Part shown: positions 36,394 through 45,590 of the stretch, in pieces
Layout of the letters: every line of letters starts with the position of its first letter
How positions within the stretch are numbered: the first letter of the stretch is position 1
Source of the DNA: an uncultured candidatus Brocadiaceae bacterium
GTDB lineage: Bacteria; Planctomycetota; Brocadiia; SM23-32
Assembly: GCA_964655775.1 (NCBI GenBank)
Contig: CAZZNQ010000006.1
Span: forward strand, 14,534 to 78,533
DNA: 64,000 nt
Direction: 5' to 3'
Translations under genes and position numbers: made by a program
The notes under the pieces: model-generated
What the model saw: only the letters and a program-made list of their open reading frames with translations
Database searches by the model: none
What the model was told of the DNA's origin: nothing

Positions 36394-36505
36394 GGTGAGC
36401 GGCGAGCAAGTCGCTGTTGAAACTTCGCGCTCTCACGTATATCCTCGCAGGGGAGTATTAGGGAATCGTTTGGCACCGCGAACACTACTGTGGAGAAGGC
36501 AGGCA

Positions 36506-38794
36506 ATGGCACGCAGCGTTACCGTGATGATTCTAACGGCCCTCATCCTGTGCTGTGCGGGCTACGCCGGCGCAGAGACCTACTACGTCGACTTCGCGTC
36601 CGGCAGCGACACGGCCGACGGCCGGAGCCCGAGGACGGCGTTCAAGCACGCGCCCGGCGACCGCGACGCGGAGGGCGTTGCCGGCGAGGTCAAGCTCGCC
36701 CCGGGTGACAAGGTGGTCTTCAAGGGGGGCGTGACCTACTACGGGGAGGTCCAGTGCCGCTGGTCGGGCGCCCCGACCGCACCCATAGTGTTCGACGGCA
36801 ACACCGACGGCGCATTCGGCGAGGGCCCGGCCGTCATCGACGGCTCGGAGCCGCTCTCCGGCTGGACGCGGTGCCGTTCCGCCGCGGACTGCGCCGGCAA
36901 TCCCAACTGGCGCAATATCTACTATACGGACGCGCCGGAGGGAACCAATCCTTTCTGGTGCAACCTGACGCAGGACGACAGGCTTATGGCCGTCGCCCAG
37001 GACCCCAACCTACCGGACATGTTCTGGGAGGACGACCTGGCCAATTTCCAGCCGATCAACCCGCCCAATCCGGCGTCCGAGAGCGGGCTGCAGATAACCA
37101 AAGGCCCGGGAATGGCGGCCAACAGTTCCCGCCCGTACGTGCTGATGTTCGACGGCAATCGGAGGACCTCCGCCATCCTGGACCCGTGCGTCGGCGCTTC
37201 CATGACGTTCCGGTTCAGCCCGGCCGTAACCGTGCACAGCTTCGGCATCGAAGCCGTGCCCAGCTACACCATGCCCAAGGATTTCGTGCTGCTGGCCGAC
37301 GGAAAACGGGCGCTCTCGGCCACCCTGGCCAACGAACGCGGTATTCAGAAGTTCGAGCTTCCCCGGCCGGTCACCTTTAGCACGCTCGAGCTGAAGATCA
37401 CCTCGGCCCATCCGGAGGAACCGTCCTACGCGGCCATCGCGGAGATTCAGGGCTACGACGCGCAGGGCGAGAACGTGCTGCTCTCGCCGCCGGTGATGCG
37501 CTACAAGGATTCCGCATACTTCACGCAGGACGACGCCGACTTCTGGCGCGGCGCCTACTTCACCATCTGGGCAGGCTCCAACCAGATATTCCGCCGCAAA
37601 GTCGTGGGCTTTGAGCCCGAGACCGATAGCATTCTGTTCGACATGCTGTCCACGAAGCAGTACAGCACCGGCGGCAAGTTCGCCATGATGAACGCATTGG
37701 GAATACTCGACCGCCCGGGGGAGTACGTGGTGGACGAGGAGCCGCGCCCCGACGGCACGCGCCGGATCTACGCGTGGCCGCTGGACGCTACTCCGAAGCG
37801 CATCTTGCGGTCCGTCCGGCGCAACGCGTTCGCACTGCGCGACGTGAGTTACGTTACCGTCCAGGGCTTCAAGATGCAGAAGCAGGGCGGGCGGAGCGAC
37901 GCAGGGGCGGTCAACGTGGGAGGCTCGGATTACAGCAACGTCGTCATCCGCGACAACGAGATGACGCTGATCCGCTCGGGCCGGTTCCCCGTCATCTACG
38001 TGGCGGCGAACACGAACAGCAACGCCATCGACTGCCTGATCGCCGGCAACCACGTGCACCACAACCGGCGCGCCGCCGGCATACAGTTGCGCCGCGGCAT
38101 GCGGAGCGTCATCCGGGGCAACGTCCTGGACAAGAACGGCGCCACCGGCATGGTCCTCTACTGGGCGCGCGACTGCGAGGTGCGCGATAACGTCGTCAGC
38201 CGCCACAAGGGCGTGCACGCCAACGGACTCACCGCGTATCTGGACTGCCAGGGAGTGCTATTCGATGGTAACCGCGTGTTCGACGGCAACGTCTGCCTGA
38301 CCACTCAGCAGAGCAAGCGCATCGTCGTCCGCAACAACATCTTCGACGGACACGGGGTGACATCGGCGATCGGGCTGTGGAACGTGGGAACGCTGGAGGA
38401 CTTCACGCTGGTCAACAACCTGATCCTGCGCAGCCCCAAGGATTCCACGTGGGCGGCCGGCATCTACGGCGGCGGAAGCGGCCCCACCGGTTTCGTCATC
38501 AAGAACAACGTGATAGACGGCCTGTCGGGCGAGATCGACGGCGACATCAGTCACAACATCTGGACCCGCTGGGGACCGAGCCAGACCGCCGGCGAAGCCG
38601 GGCCGGGCAGCCTCTATGAGCCGGACCTGAGCAACATATTCGTCGACCCGGAGAACCATGACTACCGCCTGCGACCGGGCAGCCCGGCGATCGACGCGGG
38701 GACGGAAGTTGGCATCCAAACGGACATCGAAGGCACGCCGGTCCCCCAGGGCGCCGCACCGGACATTGGCCCGTACGAGCGGCCGGCACCGTAG
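36506..38794 (+). CDS. secreted right-handed parallel beta-helix repeat protein (paralog of 856..2763)
   Basis: The ORF track starts at GTG 36395. ATG at 36506 gives the signal peptide MARSVTVMILTALILCCAGYAGA. It shares an N-module (ETYYVDFASGSD..SPRTAFKHAPGD) and a C-module (DYRLRPGSPAIDAGT..GTPVPQGAAPDIGPYE) with the paralog. Beta-helix rungs are VVIRDNEM, IAGNHVHHN, IRGNVLDKN, VRDNVVS, VVRNNIF and VIKNNVIDG. Confidence 0.85.
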   Translation: MARSVTVMILTALILCCAGYAGAETYYVDFASGSDTADGRSPRTAFKHAPGDRDAEGVAGEVKLAPGDKVVFKGGVTYYGEVQCRWSGAPTAPIVFDGNTDGAFGEGPAVIDGSEPLSGWTRCRSAADCAGNPNWRNIYYTDAPEGTNPFWCNLTQDDRLMAVAQDPNLPDMFWEDDLANFQPINPPNPASESGLQITKGPGMAANSSRPYVLMFDGNRRTSAILDPCVGASMTFRFSPAVTVHSFGIEAVPSYTMPKDFVLLADGKRALSATLANERGIQKFELPRPVTFSTLELKITSAHPEEPSYAAIAEIQGYDAQGENVLLSPPVMRYKDSAYFTQDDADFWRGAYFTIWAGSNQIFRRKVVGFEPETDSILFDMLSTKQYSTGGKFAMMNALGILDRPGEYVVDEEPRPDGTRRIYAWPLDATPKRILRSVRRNAFALRDVSYVTVQGFKMQKQGGRSDAGAVNVGGSDYSNVVIRDNEMTLIRSGRFPVIYVAANTNSNAIDCLIAGNHVHHNRRAAGIQLRRGMRSVIRGNVLDKNGATGMVLYWARDCEVRDNVVSRHKGVHANGLTAYLDCQGVLFDGNRVFDGNVCLTTQQSKRIVVRNNIFDGHGVTSAIGLWNVGTLEDFTLVNNLILRSPKDSTWAAGIYGGGSGPTGFVIKNNVIDGLSGEIDGDISHNIWTRWGPSQTAGEAGPGSLYEPDLSNIFVDPENHDYRLRPGSPAIDAGTEVGIQTDIEGTPVPQGAAPDIGPYERPAP

Positions 38795-38825
38795 CCGTTG
38801 CCCCGAGAGCACGGAGGAAGGACGC

Positions 38826-40103
38826 ATGAGGGCGGTCCTGCTATTCACGCTGCTGGCGGCGGCTGCCGGCCTATCTTACGGAGCGGGAAGAGGCCGAACC
38901 ATGACTTACACGAACCCGATCCTGCCGATCGACAGGCGCGCCGGAGCTGATCCGGCGGTCCTCTACTACGAAGGCGCGTTCTACTTCTACTCCACAAACT
39001 CCGGGCTGAACGTGTTCGGCTCGCCGGACCTGGTGAACTGGAAGAAGGGGCCGCAGGTGCTGCCGGACGAGTTCAAGGGCATCTGGGCGCCGGAGGTCTA
39101 CCGCCACCCCGAAGACGGCTTGTTTTACATGTACTACACCCGGCGCTACAAGATCGGCGTCGCGGTCTGCGACCGGCCCGACGGCCGGTTCCGCGACCTG
39201 GGCCTGCTGGCGATCGACGGCATCGACGCCCATCCGTTCCGGGACGACGACGGACGACTCTACCTCTACTTCACGCACACGCCGCCCTTTACCATGTACT
39301 GCGTGCCGATGAAGAGCCCCACCCGCACCGGCGGCCCCGTCACGAAGTGCTTCGAGATATCGCAGGAATGGGAGAAGCACAGCTTTCCGATCAACGAAGG
39401 CCCCTGGATGCTGAAGCGGGACGGCGTCTACTACCTGCTCTACTCGGGCAGCAACGCGCAGTCCGTCTACTATGCCGTCGGGTACGCGACAGCGCCCACC
39501 CCGATCGGACCGTTCACCAAGTACGAGCACAACCCCGTGTTCCAGGACCTCCCCGACATCTACGGCCCGGGCCACGGATCGGTGGCGCGTGACCGCACCG
39601 GACAGCTCTGGCACCTCTACCACCAGAAGGTCGACACGAAAGAAGGCTGGGCGCGCGACATCTGCCTGGACCCCGTGGGATTCGATGAGAACGGCGTGTT
39701 CGGCGGCACACCAACCCGCGGTGTCGCCCGACCGGCGCCCGTCTTCGACCCGTCGCTCGTCTGGAGTCCGGAGATCCGTCCCCGCGGCGCCGTATTCCGC
39801 GATGAGGTGACGGTGACGCTGACGTCGCGCACGCCCGGTGCGCAGTTCCGCTACACGCTGGACGGATCGGAGCCGGACGTGGACTCGCGCCTGTATCGGG
39901 GACCGTTCACCCTCTCCGAGACGGCCACGGTCAAGGCCATCGCATTCAAGGACGGCATGCGGACCAGCACGGTATCGCGGATGCGGTTCACGCGCACGGC
40001 CGAGCCGTTGCCGGTCAACCCGTCCCCGGATGCCCCGGCCGGGGATCCGCCGTTCCCAGTGTTCCCCGAGCCGGTGCTCAACTGGCAGCCGCCCGAGCAA
40101 TGA
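38826..40103 (+). CDS. glycoside hydrolase family 43 protein with a C-terminal chitobiase/Fn3-associated-type domain
   Basis: ATG at 38826 follows GGAGGAAGGA and gives the signal peptide MRAVLLFTLLAAAAGLSYG. GH43 blocks are GADPAVLYYEGAFYFYST, IWAPEVY, DAHPFRDDDGRLYLYF and INEGPWMLKRDGVYYLLYSG. The C-terminus reads FRYTLDGSEPDVDSRLYRGPFTLSETATVKAIAF. Confidence 0.85.
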   Translation: MRAVLLFTLLAAAAGLSYGAGRGRTMTYTNPILPIDRRAGADPAVLYYEGAFYFYSTNSGLNVFGSPDLVNWKKGPQVLPDEFKGIWAPEVYRHPEDGLFYMYYTRRYKIGVAVCDRPDGRFRDLGLLAIDGIDAHPFRDDDGRLYLYFTHTPPFTMYCVPMKSPTRTGGPVTKCFEISQEWEKHSFPINEGPWMLKRDGVYYLLYSGSNAQSVYYAVGYATAPTPIGPFTKYEHNPVFQDLPDIYGPGHGSVARDRTGQLWHLYHQKVDTKEGWARDICLDPVGFDENGVFGGTPTRGVARPAPVFDPSLVWSPEIRPRGAVFRDEVTVTLTSRTPGAQFRYTLDGSEPDVDSRLYRGPFTLSETATVKAIAFKDGMRTSTVSRMRFTRTAEPLPVNPSPDAPAGDPPFPVFPEPVLNWQPPEQ

Positions 40104-40192
40104 CCGGCCCGTGCCCGCATTCCGCCCCGGAAGGGTGCTCTTGTGTGTTCGTGCGCAGGAAAGCGTGCCTCCGTGCGTTTACAGGTACGACC

Positions 40193-41149
40193 ATGAACGC
40201 ATTGCGAATGCCCCGATCAGGAACGGAAGTGTACCTTCTCGTGCTTCTGCTCTGGCTGGCAGCGGCATGGCCGACCTCGGCGTCTGAGGAGGCGGCATAC
40301 CCCAACGTTGCCAGGTGGCTCAACGTCCGGTATGCAAAGGCCCCGGAAGGAGTGGATCCCGACCTGCTAAGCCTGGACATCTACGGGCCCAAAGGGGCCG
40401 CGGACAGGCCGGTTCTGCTGATGGTGCACGGAGGGGGATGGCGGCGCGGCGACAAGGCGGGGCGGGCCATGACCGCCCTGAAGGTGCCCCACTTCGTCGC
40501 ACATGGCTACGTCTACGTCAGCGTCAACTACCGTCTCGCCCCGGAGGCTGTGCACCCCACCCACGTTCGCGACGTTGCCGCTGCGATCGCCTGGCTCAGC
40601 GAGAACGTGAGGGACTATGGGGGCGACCCGGGCCGCATCTACGTGATGGGACACTCGGCGGGCGCCCACCTCGCGGCCCTGGTGGCAACCGATGAACGCC
40701 ACCTTCAGTCGGCGGGAAAGGACCTGAAGACCATCCGCGGGGTGGTCCTGCTGGACAGCGCCGCCTACGACATCCCGCGATTCGTCAACGAACTCGGCGC
40801 CGGTCCGCTGATGCGCTCACTGTACACGCGGGCCTTCGGCAGCAACCCCACCGTCTGGCGCGACGCCTCGCCCCGCAGACACGTCGCACCGGGCAAGGGC
40901 ATCCCGCCGTTCCTCATATTCCACACCGGGAAACGGATCGCTGCGGCGACACTATCAAAGGAGTTCGCCGCCGCTCTCAAGGAAGCCGAAACGCCCGCAG
41001 AGGTGGTTCACGCCGCCGACAAGAGCCACGCTTCCCTGAACCGCGATATCGGCCGGGACGGCGACTGGGTGACCGAGCGCATCATGGACTTCCTGGAGAA
41101 CTGCCCGGCTGCGGACGCGGAGGCCAAGCCCGACGACGGCACAGAGTGA
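40193..41149 (+). CDS. secreted alpha/beta-hydrolase (esterase/lipase, carbohydrate-esterase-like)
   Basis: ATG at 40193 gives a signal peptide (VYLLVLLLWLAAAWPTSASE). The oxyanion motif is MVHGGGW and the nucleophile elbow is GHSAGAHL. Confidence 0.8.
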   Translation: MNALRMPRSGTEVYLLVLLLWLAAAWPTSASEEAAYPNVARWLNVRYAKAPEGVDPDLLSLDIYGPKGAADRPVLLMVHGGGWRRGDKAGRAMTALKVPHFVAHGYVYVSVNYRLAPEAVHPTHVRDVAAAIAWLSENVRDYGGDPGRIYVMGHSAGAHLAALVATDERHLQSAGKDLKTIRGVVLLDSAAYDIPRFVNELGAGPLMRSLYTRAFGSNPTVWRDASPRRHVAPGKGIPPFLIFHTGKRIAAATLSKEFAAALKEAETPAEVVHAADKSHASLNRDIGRDGDWVTERIMDFLENCPAADAEAKPDDGTE

Positions 41150-41180
41150 GCCCGACTTCCGGCTGCGGCTCCCAAAGGAA

Positions 41181-41206
41181 GAGGGCCGCGGCTGACCGCG
41201 ACCCTC
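41181..41206. terminator. GC-rich hairpin between convergent genes (possible terminator, better suited to the minus-strand gene)
   Basis: GAGGGCCGCGG-ctga-CCGCGACCCTC forms an 11-bp stem with one mismatch. On the minus strand it is followed by TTCCTTTGGG. There is no T-run on the plus strand. Confidence 0.4.
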
Positions 41207-41245
41207 GCAAACTCCGGTCCGTCCGGCGCTTCCGATATCCTCAGT

Positions 41246-42439
41246 TCACCGGATCAGTCCCCGGTCTTCCGGCGCGCGTGATTCGCGTCGCTCCGCGCGT
41301 GCGGCCGCCAGCTTCTCCTGCAGGGCTTCGCGCACCCAGTCGGCGTTCCTGCGCTCGAACTCCGCCGCCTCCTTCTTCGCCAGCAGGTAGGCGGGCACCG
41401 CGTTCATGCCGCGCCAGCTTTGGGGGTCGGCCTTAACAAACTTGCCCCAGAGAGCCATGATCGTTGGATCGAATCGCGCCAACTCCGTGTAGATGCCGGA
41501 CCGGACGTAGTCCGGATTGAACGTCCCCTGCGCGGTGTAGACCGGGTTCTCCATGTCGCCGTTCCATATCTCTTTTAGGAACGTGCGGCAGTGCATCTCG
41601 ACTTCCTCGCGGGTGAACACCAGGCCGTGGTCGTACGCCCTGGCGACGAAGGCGGTGTCCGAGGCGCCGTAGCCGCGGTGCTCGAGGTTCACCCAGTGGT
41701 GCTTCACGCCGGTCTCGTCATAGTCCCACGGGCCGGCGGGGTCCCAGTAGTGCCAGATGTAGTGGTCACCGGCGAGCTTCAGGTGTTTCCTCCAGCGGCG
41801 GGCCAGTTTGAGCGCCTTGTCCAGGTACTCGGCGCGGCGCTCGTCGCTGGGTGTGACTGAGGCCGCTGCCAGCAACATCACCGCGGAATGGGCGTTCTTG
41901 TTGTGCGGCAAGGTTATGCGGGGGCAGTAGGTGCCGCAGCCCATTGCGGTGTCCTGCCACGCACCGCGCTCGTCCCACTTGACGATCATACCCGGCTCCA
42001 GCGCCTCCAGGTAGCCGGCGGCCTTCGCCTTCAGGTCCTCCGGCATGTCCGGCCCCGTCTGCACGGCGTGGATGAACTCGAAGATCGGCTCCATGATCAG
42101 CGCCTCGCCGGTAATCGAGTCGCCCCAGCCCGGCGCACCGTTTTCGACCTCGATCCTGTCCATCAGCACGTCCACCTGGTCGGCCATGTGGCGCAGCCAC
42201 TTCTGGTCCCCGCTGTACTTGTAGCCGGCCACCAGGCCGCGCAGCATCGGCGCCTCCTGCCAGCCCAGGCTCTCGTTGTAATAATCCTTGTGGGCGCTCC
42301 ACTCGGGAAGGATCCGCTCCATGTAGGATTCCCACTGGGCGTACAGCTCCTCGTCCGTCATGTCCGCGTTCTCCTCCGCAGCGAAGGCCTGTCCGAACGC
42401 AAGCGCCGCCATCAATAAACACGCCAAGATACCGCGCAT
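41246..42439 (-). CDS. hypothetical secreted protein (all-alpha; function unknown)
   Basis: The ORF track starts at 42658. ATG at 42439 is preceded by AAGGAGGA and gives the signal peptide MRGILACLLMAALAFGQAFA. 397 aa of ordinary composition with no domain I confidently recognise. Confidence 0.65.
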   Translation of the reverse strand: MRGILACLLMAALAFGQAFAAEENADMTDEELYAQWESYMERILPEWSAHKDYYNESLGWQEAPMLRGLVAGYKYSGDQKWLRHMADQVDVLMDRIEVENGAPGWGDSITGEALIMEPIFEFIHAVQTGPDMPEDLKAKAAGYLEALEPGMIVKWDERGAWQDTAMGCGTYCPRITLPHNKNAHSAVMLLAAASVTPSDERRAEYLDKALKLARRWRKHLKLAGDHYIWHYWDPAGPWDYDETGVKHHWVNLEHRGYGASDTAFVARAYDHGLVFTREEVEMHCRTFLKEIWNGDMENPVYTAQGTFNPDYVRSGIYTELARFDPTIMALWGKFVKADPQSWRGMNAVPAYLLAKKEAAEFERRNADWVREALQEKLAAARAERRESRAPEDRGLIR

Positions 42440-42530
42440 CTCCGTCCTCCTTGAATCGTTCCGTCCCGTTCTACCGGACACAGACGATTGTAGCGGTTGG
42501 GCCCGGCGATGCAATGCGCGAGGGCGGTGC

Positions 42531-42563
42531 AATAAAGAAAGCCGGCCCCGAAGCGGGGCCGGC
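42531..42563 (-). terminator. canonical rho-independent terminator of 42591..44321
   Basis: A perfect 10-bp stem GCCGGCCCCG (42541-42550) / CGGGGCCGGC (42554-42563) with a 3-nt loop. On the minus strand it is followed immediately by TTTCTTTATT (42540-42531). It lies 28 nt after the stop codon. Confidence 0.8.
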
Positions 42564-42590
42564 TTCCGATGCGACGTGGGAGGAAAACGG

Positions 42591-44321
42591 TCAGCGCCGA
42601 CTCGGTGAGGAGAGGTCCATCCGGATGGCAGCATAGTTATGAAGGAGGGCTCCCTCATAGGAGGCCGCCAGCTCGACGTTCCGGAAAAGCGACAGCACGC
42701 TCGCCAGCGTCTCCAGATCCTGGCGGGCCCGTTCCGGCGACTTGCCTTCTTCCCTCACGGCGTGCTGGACCAGCAACTCCTTGTGCTGCTGCAGCAACGC
42801 CCGCACGGCGTTCACGTCCATGTAGGCGCGGGCGTGGGGCGTGCCGTCAACCGTCGCCGGCCGCATCGCCGCACCGCTCAGAGCTCCGTCGACCAGTTGC
42901 CTGGCGGATTCGAGCGTACTGGCCACGATCAGGTCACTGCCCGCCACTCCGAATGTCGGGCTCACAAACCGCGTCCAGTTGGCTTCGCTTTCGCTGCCGA
43001 TGGTGAGCAACCGCGCGCCGCGGTACTCCTCATTCGACATGGTAAGGGGTGTGCCTCCCTGCCGGGCACCCATCACAAGCATGCCGGCAAGGCTCTCCAG
43101 GAGCACCGGTATGTGCTGGGTGTTGCCGAGTCTCAGCACTATCGCCCCTCCCGGTGGCGCGTCCCCCTCTGCGGACGGCACCGCCAGCAGCATCGACTGC
43201 CCTCCGATTTCCTCGAAGAACTGCTCCGCGCTGTACACGCCGGGCGTCATGTTCACAAGCGCGTCCATTCCCTGACGCATGGCGGCCGCTGCTGAGGGAT
43301 CGCCCTGCTCCAGTGCACGCATCACCGTGCTGCGGGCCGCGGCCGCGTTGATGTTGCGCGCCACCGCGAAGATGGTTCCCTCGGGCGCCGCATCCAGGAT
43401 GTCGATGCGACTGCCGGGCGACGGCATCCAGTCGCCGATCAGAGCCGGCAAGCGGCCCTCATCGAACGCGACAACGCCGTGGGCCAGCAGCCCGTCTTCG
43501 CTGCGCACCGACCCGACGGCGAAGCGGATGTGGTCGACCACTTCCGCCATGACGGTACGCAGCATGCCGATCGCCACTCTCTTGCCGGGATCCCCTGCGT
43601 CCATGCCGCGAAGCCCCGCTTCCAGTTCATCGCGGTCCGGGGCGAAACGGGGGACATCCAGGTAGACGCTCAGGGCCGCGTCGGTCGGCACCAACTTCAT
43701 CGCATCGCGGAACTTGCCGGCGCCGGAGATCGGCTCCATCCGCCCGGAGATCGTATCCAGCACCTTCTGCAGCGCGATGAGGTCGCTGCCGACGGCCAGC
43801 ACGCGGCCGGAAACCGCATGGTACCTCTCGCCTTTGGGCGTGTCGCATACCTGGATCTCGGTGCCCTGGTACTCGACGGTGCGCTGCCCGAACGAACCGC
43901 CGGTCTGCTGCTCGACGCTGAGAAACCGCGTGACGGCGTCATTGAGCGACCGCGCGTTGGCCACTTCGGAGACGGCCACACCCGTCTCGTCCGTGAAACC
44001 CACCAGGGCCACGTCACCGCCGGCCATGTCCATGAGCAGTTGTCGGACATCCACGTTCTGAGCTCGCTCGAACTCCGCCAGCCCGGCCCGTCCCTCGCGG
44101 ATCTTCTCCGCCAGTTCGGGCAGGGATCCGGGGTCCTCGAGACGCTCCATCAGGGCGCTGTTCCGGAAGCGGTCGAAATGCTCCTCCACGCCGCGGACAG
44201 TCACCACAACGGCGGCGTCGCCGGGGACATAGTCCTCGACGGCGGCGCGCGCCGCCCCCGTCAGCAGACAGGCCAGCACAACCACGGCGAGCCCTACACG
44301 TCTGATCTTATGCATCGCCAT
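42591..44321 (-). CDS. hypothetical secreted protein (possibly DUF3352-like), last gene of the ECF sigma operon
   Basis: 576-aa ORF with RBS GGAGGA and signal peptide MAMHKIRRVGLAVVVLACLLTGAARA. It overlaps the anti-sigma gene by 14 nt. The family assignment is from memory only. Confidence 0.7.
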   Translation of the reverse strand: MAMHKIRRVGLAVVVLACLLTGAARAAVEDYVPGDAAVVVTVRGVEEHFDRFRNSALMERLEDPGSLPELAEKIREGRAGLAEFERAQNVDVRQLLMDMAGGDVALVGFTDETGVAVSEVANARSLNDAVTRFLSVEQQTGGSFGQRTVEYQGTEIQVCDTPKGERYHAVSGRVLAVGSDLIALQKVLDTISGRMEPISGAGKFRDAMKLVPTDAALSVYLDVPRFAPDRDELEAGLRGMDAGDPGKRVAIGMLRTVMAEVVDHIRFAVGSVRSEDGLLAHGVVAFDEGRLPALIGDWMPSPGSRIDILDAAPEGTIFAVARNINAAAARSTVMRALEQGDPSAAAAMRQGMDALVNMTPGVYSAEQFFEEIGGQSMLLAVPSAEGDAPPGGAIVLRLGNTQHIPVLLESLAGMLVMGARQGGTPLTMSNEEYRGARLLTIGSESEANWTRFVSPTFGVAGSDLIVASTLESARQLVDGALSGAAMRPATVDGTPHARAYMDVNAVRALLQQHKELLVQHAVREEGKSPERARQDLETLASVLSLFRNVELAASYEGALLHNYAAIRMDLSSPSRR

Positions 44322-44775
44322 CTTCTTCGTCCTCCGATAGTGGAAGTATGCCGGCGCCCCGCTTCAGAACACCCGGCAGAGCCGGAACGCTCGGCTTGAA
44401 TCGTCTGAGGTCCTGGAAACGGTCTGAGCCGACGCTGACGACGGCCGACCCCGCGCAGCGCGCGCCTTCCCATGCGGCGGAAAGCTCGGACCGCAGGGCC
44501 TGCTCCCATTCGTCCAGGGCGAGCAGTCCCCCGGCGACCGAAGGCGGCGCAGGCTCCCGGGGCGAACGCGAGAACGCGACGACGAGGGCTGCCGCCAGCA
44601 GGCAGGCGGCCACGGCACCGATCGCGCACCGACGGATCCACACACGGCGACGCTTTGCCGACTGGAGGAGCTTGATTCGCTCCAGGAAGGCGTCGGCGTC
44701 GACCCGCTCCGCCCGCGCATCCAGCACCCGCCTGACCAGCAGGTCCGGTTCCCGATCCCGTTCTCGCTCGTTCAT
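44308..44775 (-). CDS. putative anti-sigma factor (single-pass membrane protein)
   Basis: 155-aa ORF whose ATG overlaps the sigma gene stop (ATGA coupling at 44772-44775). It has a short cytoplasmic N-domain and then a TM helix (CAIGAVAACLLAAALVVAF). Confidence 0.6.
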   Translation of the reverse strand: MNERERDREPDLLVRRVLDARAERVDADAFLERIKLLQSAKRRRVWIRRCAIGAVAACLLAAALVVAFSRSPREPAPPSVAGGLLALDEWEQALRSELSAAWEGARCAGSAVVSVGSDRFQDLRRFKPSVPALPGVLKRGAGILPLSEDEEDGDA

Positions 44776-45308
44776 CGCAACGCTCCCGGCAGGCTCTCGC
44801 CCAGCCTCTCCTTCAGTTCGCGTCTGCCGCGGTGCACCAGCACGCCGGCATTCTGAACGCTGACATCCAGCACCTCCGCAATCTCCTTCAGGGACTTGCC
44901 CAGTGCCTTCAGCTCGACGGCCGCCCGCTTCATCGGCGTGATCCGCGCCAGCTCCGCCTCCACCTCGCGCATCAGCTCGCGGCTTGCCGCCACATCCGCC
45001 GGATCGGCCTCGCTATCGTCCGCGAGCGTGTCCAGCAGGCGAAAGCCGTCCTCATCGCCTCTGTCCAGCGCCAGCAACTCGCGCCTGCGCGTGGTCGCGT
45101 TTATGCACGCGTTGGTAACGGATCGGAACAACAGCTTTTCTCCGTCCCTGGGCAGATCGTATTCCGAATGCTGCAGCAGGCGCAGGTAGACTTCCTGCAC
45201 AACGTCTTCGGCCGAGGCGGCGCGCGGCAAGAGCAAGCTTGCGTAGGCGATGGCCCGCGGAGCCGTCCGCCTAATCCACTCGTCCAGTGCCTTGCGCGAT
45301 CCGGCCAA
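44772..45308 (-). CDS. ECF-type RNA polymerase sigma-70 factor
   Basis: 178-aa ORF with a TTG start preceded by GGAG. Region 2 reads AEDVVQEVYLRLLQH...LLFRSVTNACIN. The region 4 HTH reads MKRAAVELKALGKSLKEIAEVLDVSVQNAGVLVHRGRRELKERL. Confidence 0.85.
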   Translation of the reverse strand: MAGSRKALDEWIRRTAPRAIAYASLLLPRAASAEDVVQEVYLRLLQHSEYDLPRDGEKLLFRSVTNACINATTRRRELLALDRGDEDGFRLLDTLADDSEADPADVAASRELMREVEAELARITPMKRAAVELKALGKSLKEIAEVLDVSVQNAGVLVHRGRRELKERLGESLPGALR

Positions 45309-45490
45309 AGCCGTTCTCCGCTGAGTTCGGGCGTCCCTTCCACTATCAAGAACACACAGGACACCTCGATTTTACAGCAGTTTTCGCCGGGAGACGGGGA
45401 AAGACACCGATTACGGGGAGGGTCAGTCGTCAATCTCGGCCGATGCTAAGCGGTCTTATATAAGTACTCCACTGTTCGGCTTGCAGCAAC

Positions 45491-45548
45491 GCGGCCGAGA
45501 CGGCCGCGCTACCCCTGCAATGGGTAGAGCGGGGCGTCTCGCCCCGCT
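45491..45548 (-). terminator. cluster of three adjacent GC-rich hairpins downstream of 45591..46871 (possible terminator or structured element, no U-tract)
   Basis: Three hairpins: GCGGCCG-aga-CGGCCGC (45491-45507), CTACCC-n7-GGGTAG (45509-45527) and AGCGGGGCG-tct-CGCCCCGCT (45528-45548). Confidence 0.35.
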
Positions 45549-45590
45549 GCGTCGATGAAGCAGAACCGGCGACGACTAATGTTCGCCCGT

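Noticed and set aside
36417-36443. TTGAAA ... TATATC upstream of the beta-helix gene 36506 as a promoter.
   Set aside because: The spacer is only 15 nt, and shifting the -35 to restore 17 nt destroys the match. It is kept only as a weak possibility and not reported as a feature.
45309-45440. An ECF-type autoregulatory promoter (GGAAC-N16/17-CGT) upstream of the sigma gene.
   Set aside because: Only a GGAAG about 35 nt from the start codon was found, with no properly spaced CGT-type -10. A TAAAAT -10-like element lacks a convincing -35. The evidence is insufficient to call.
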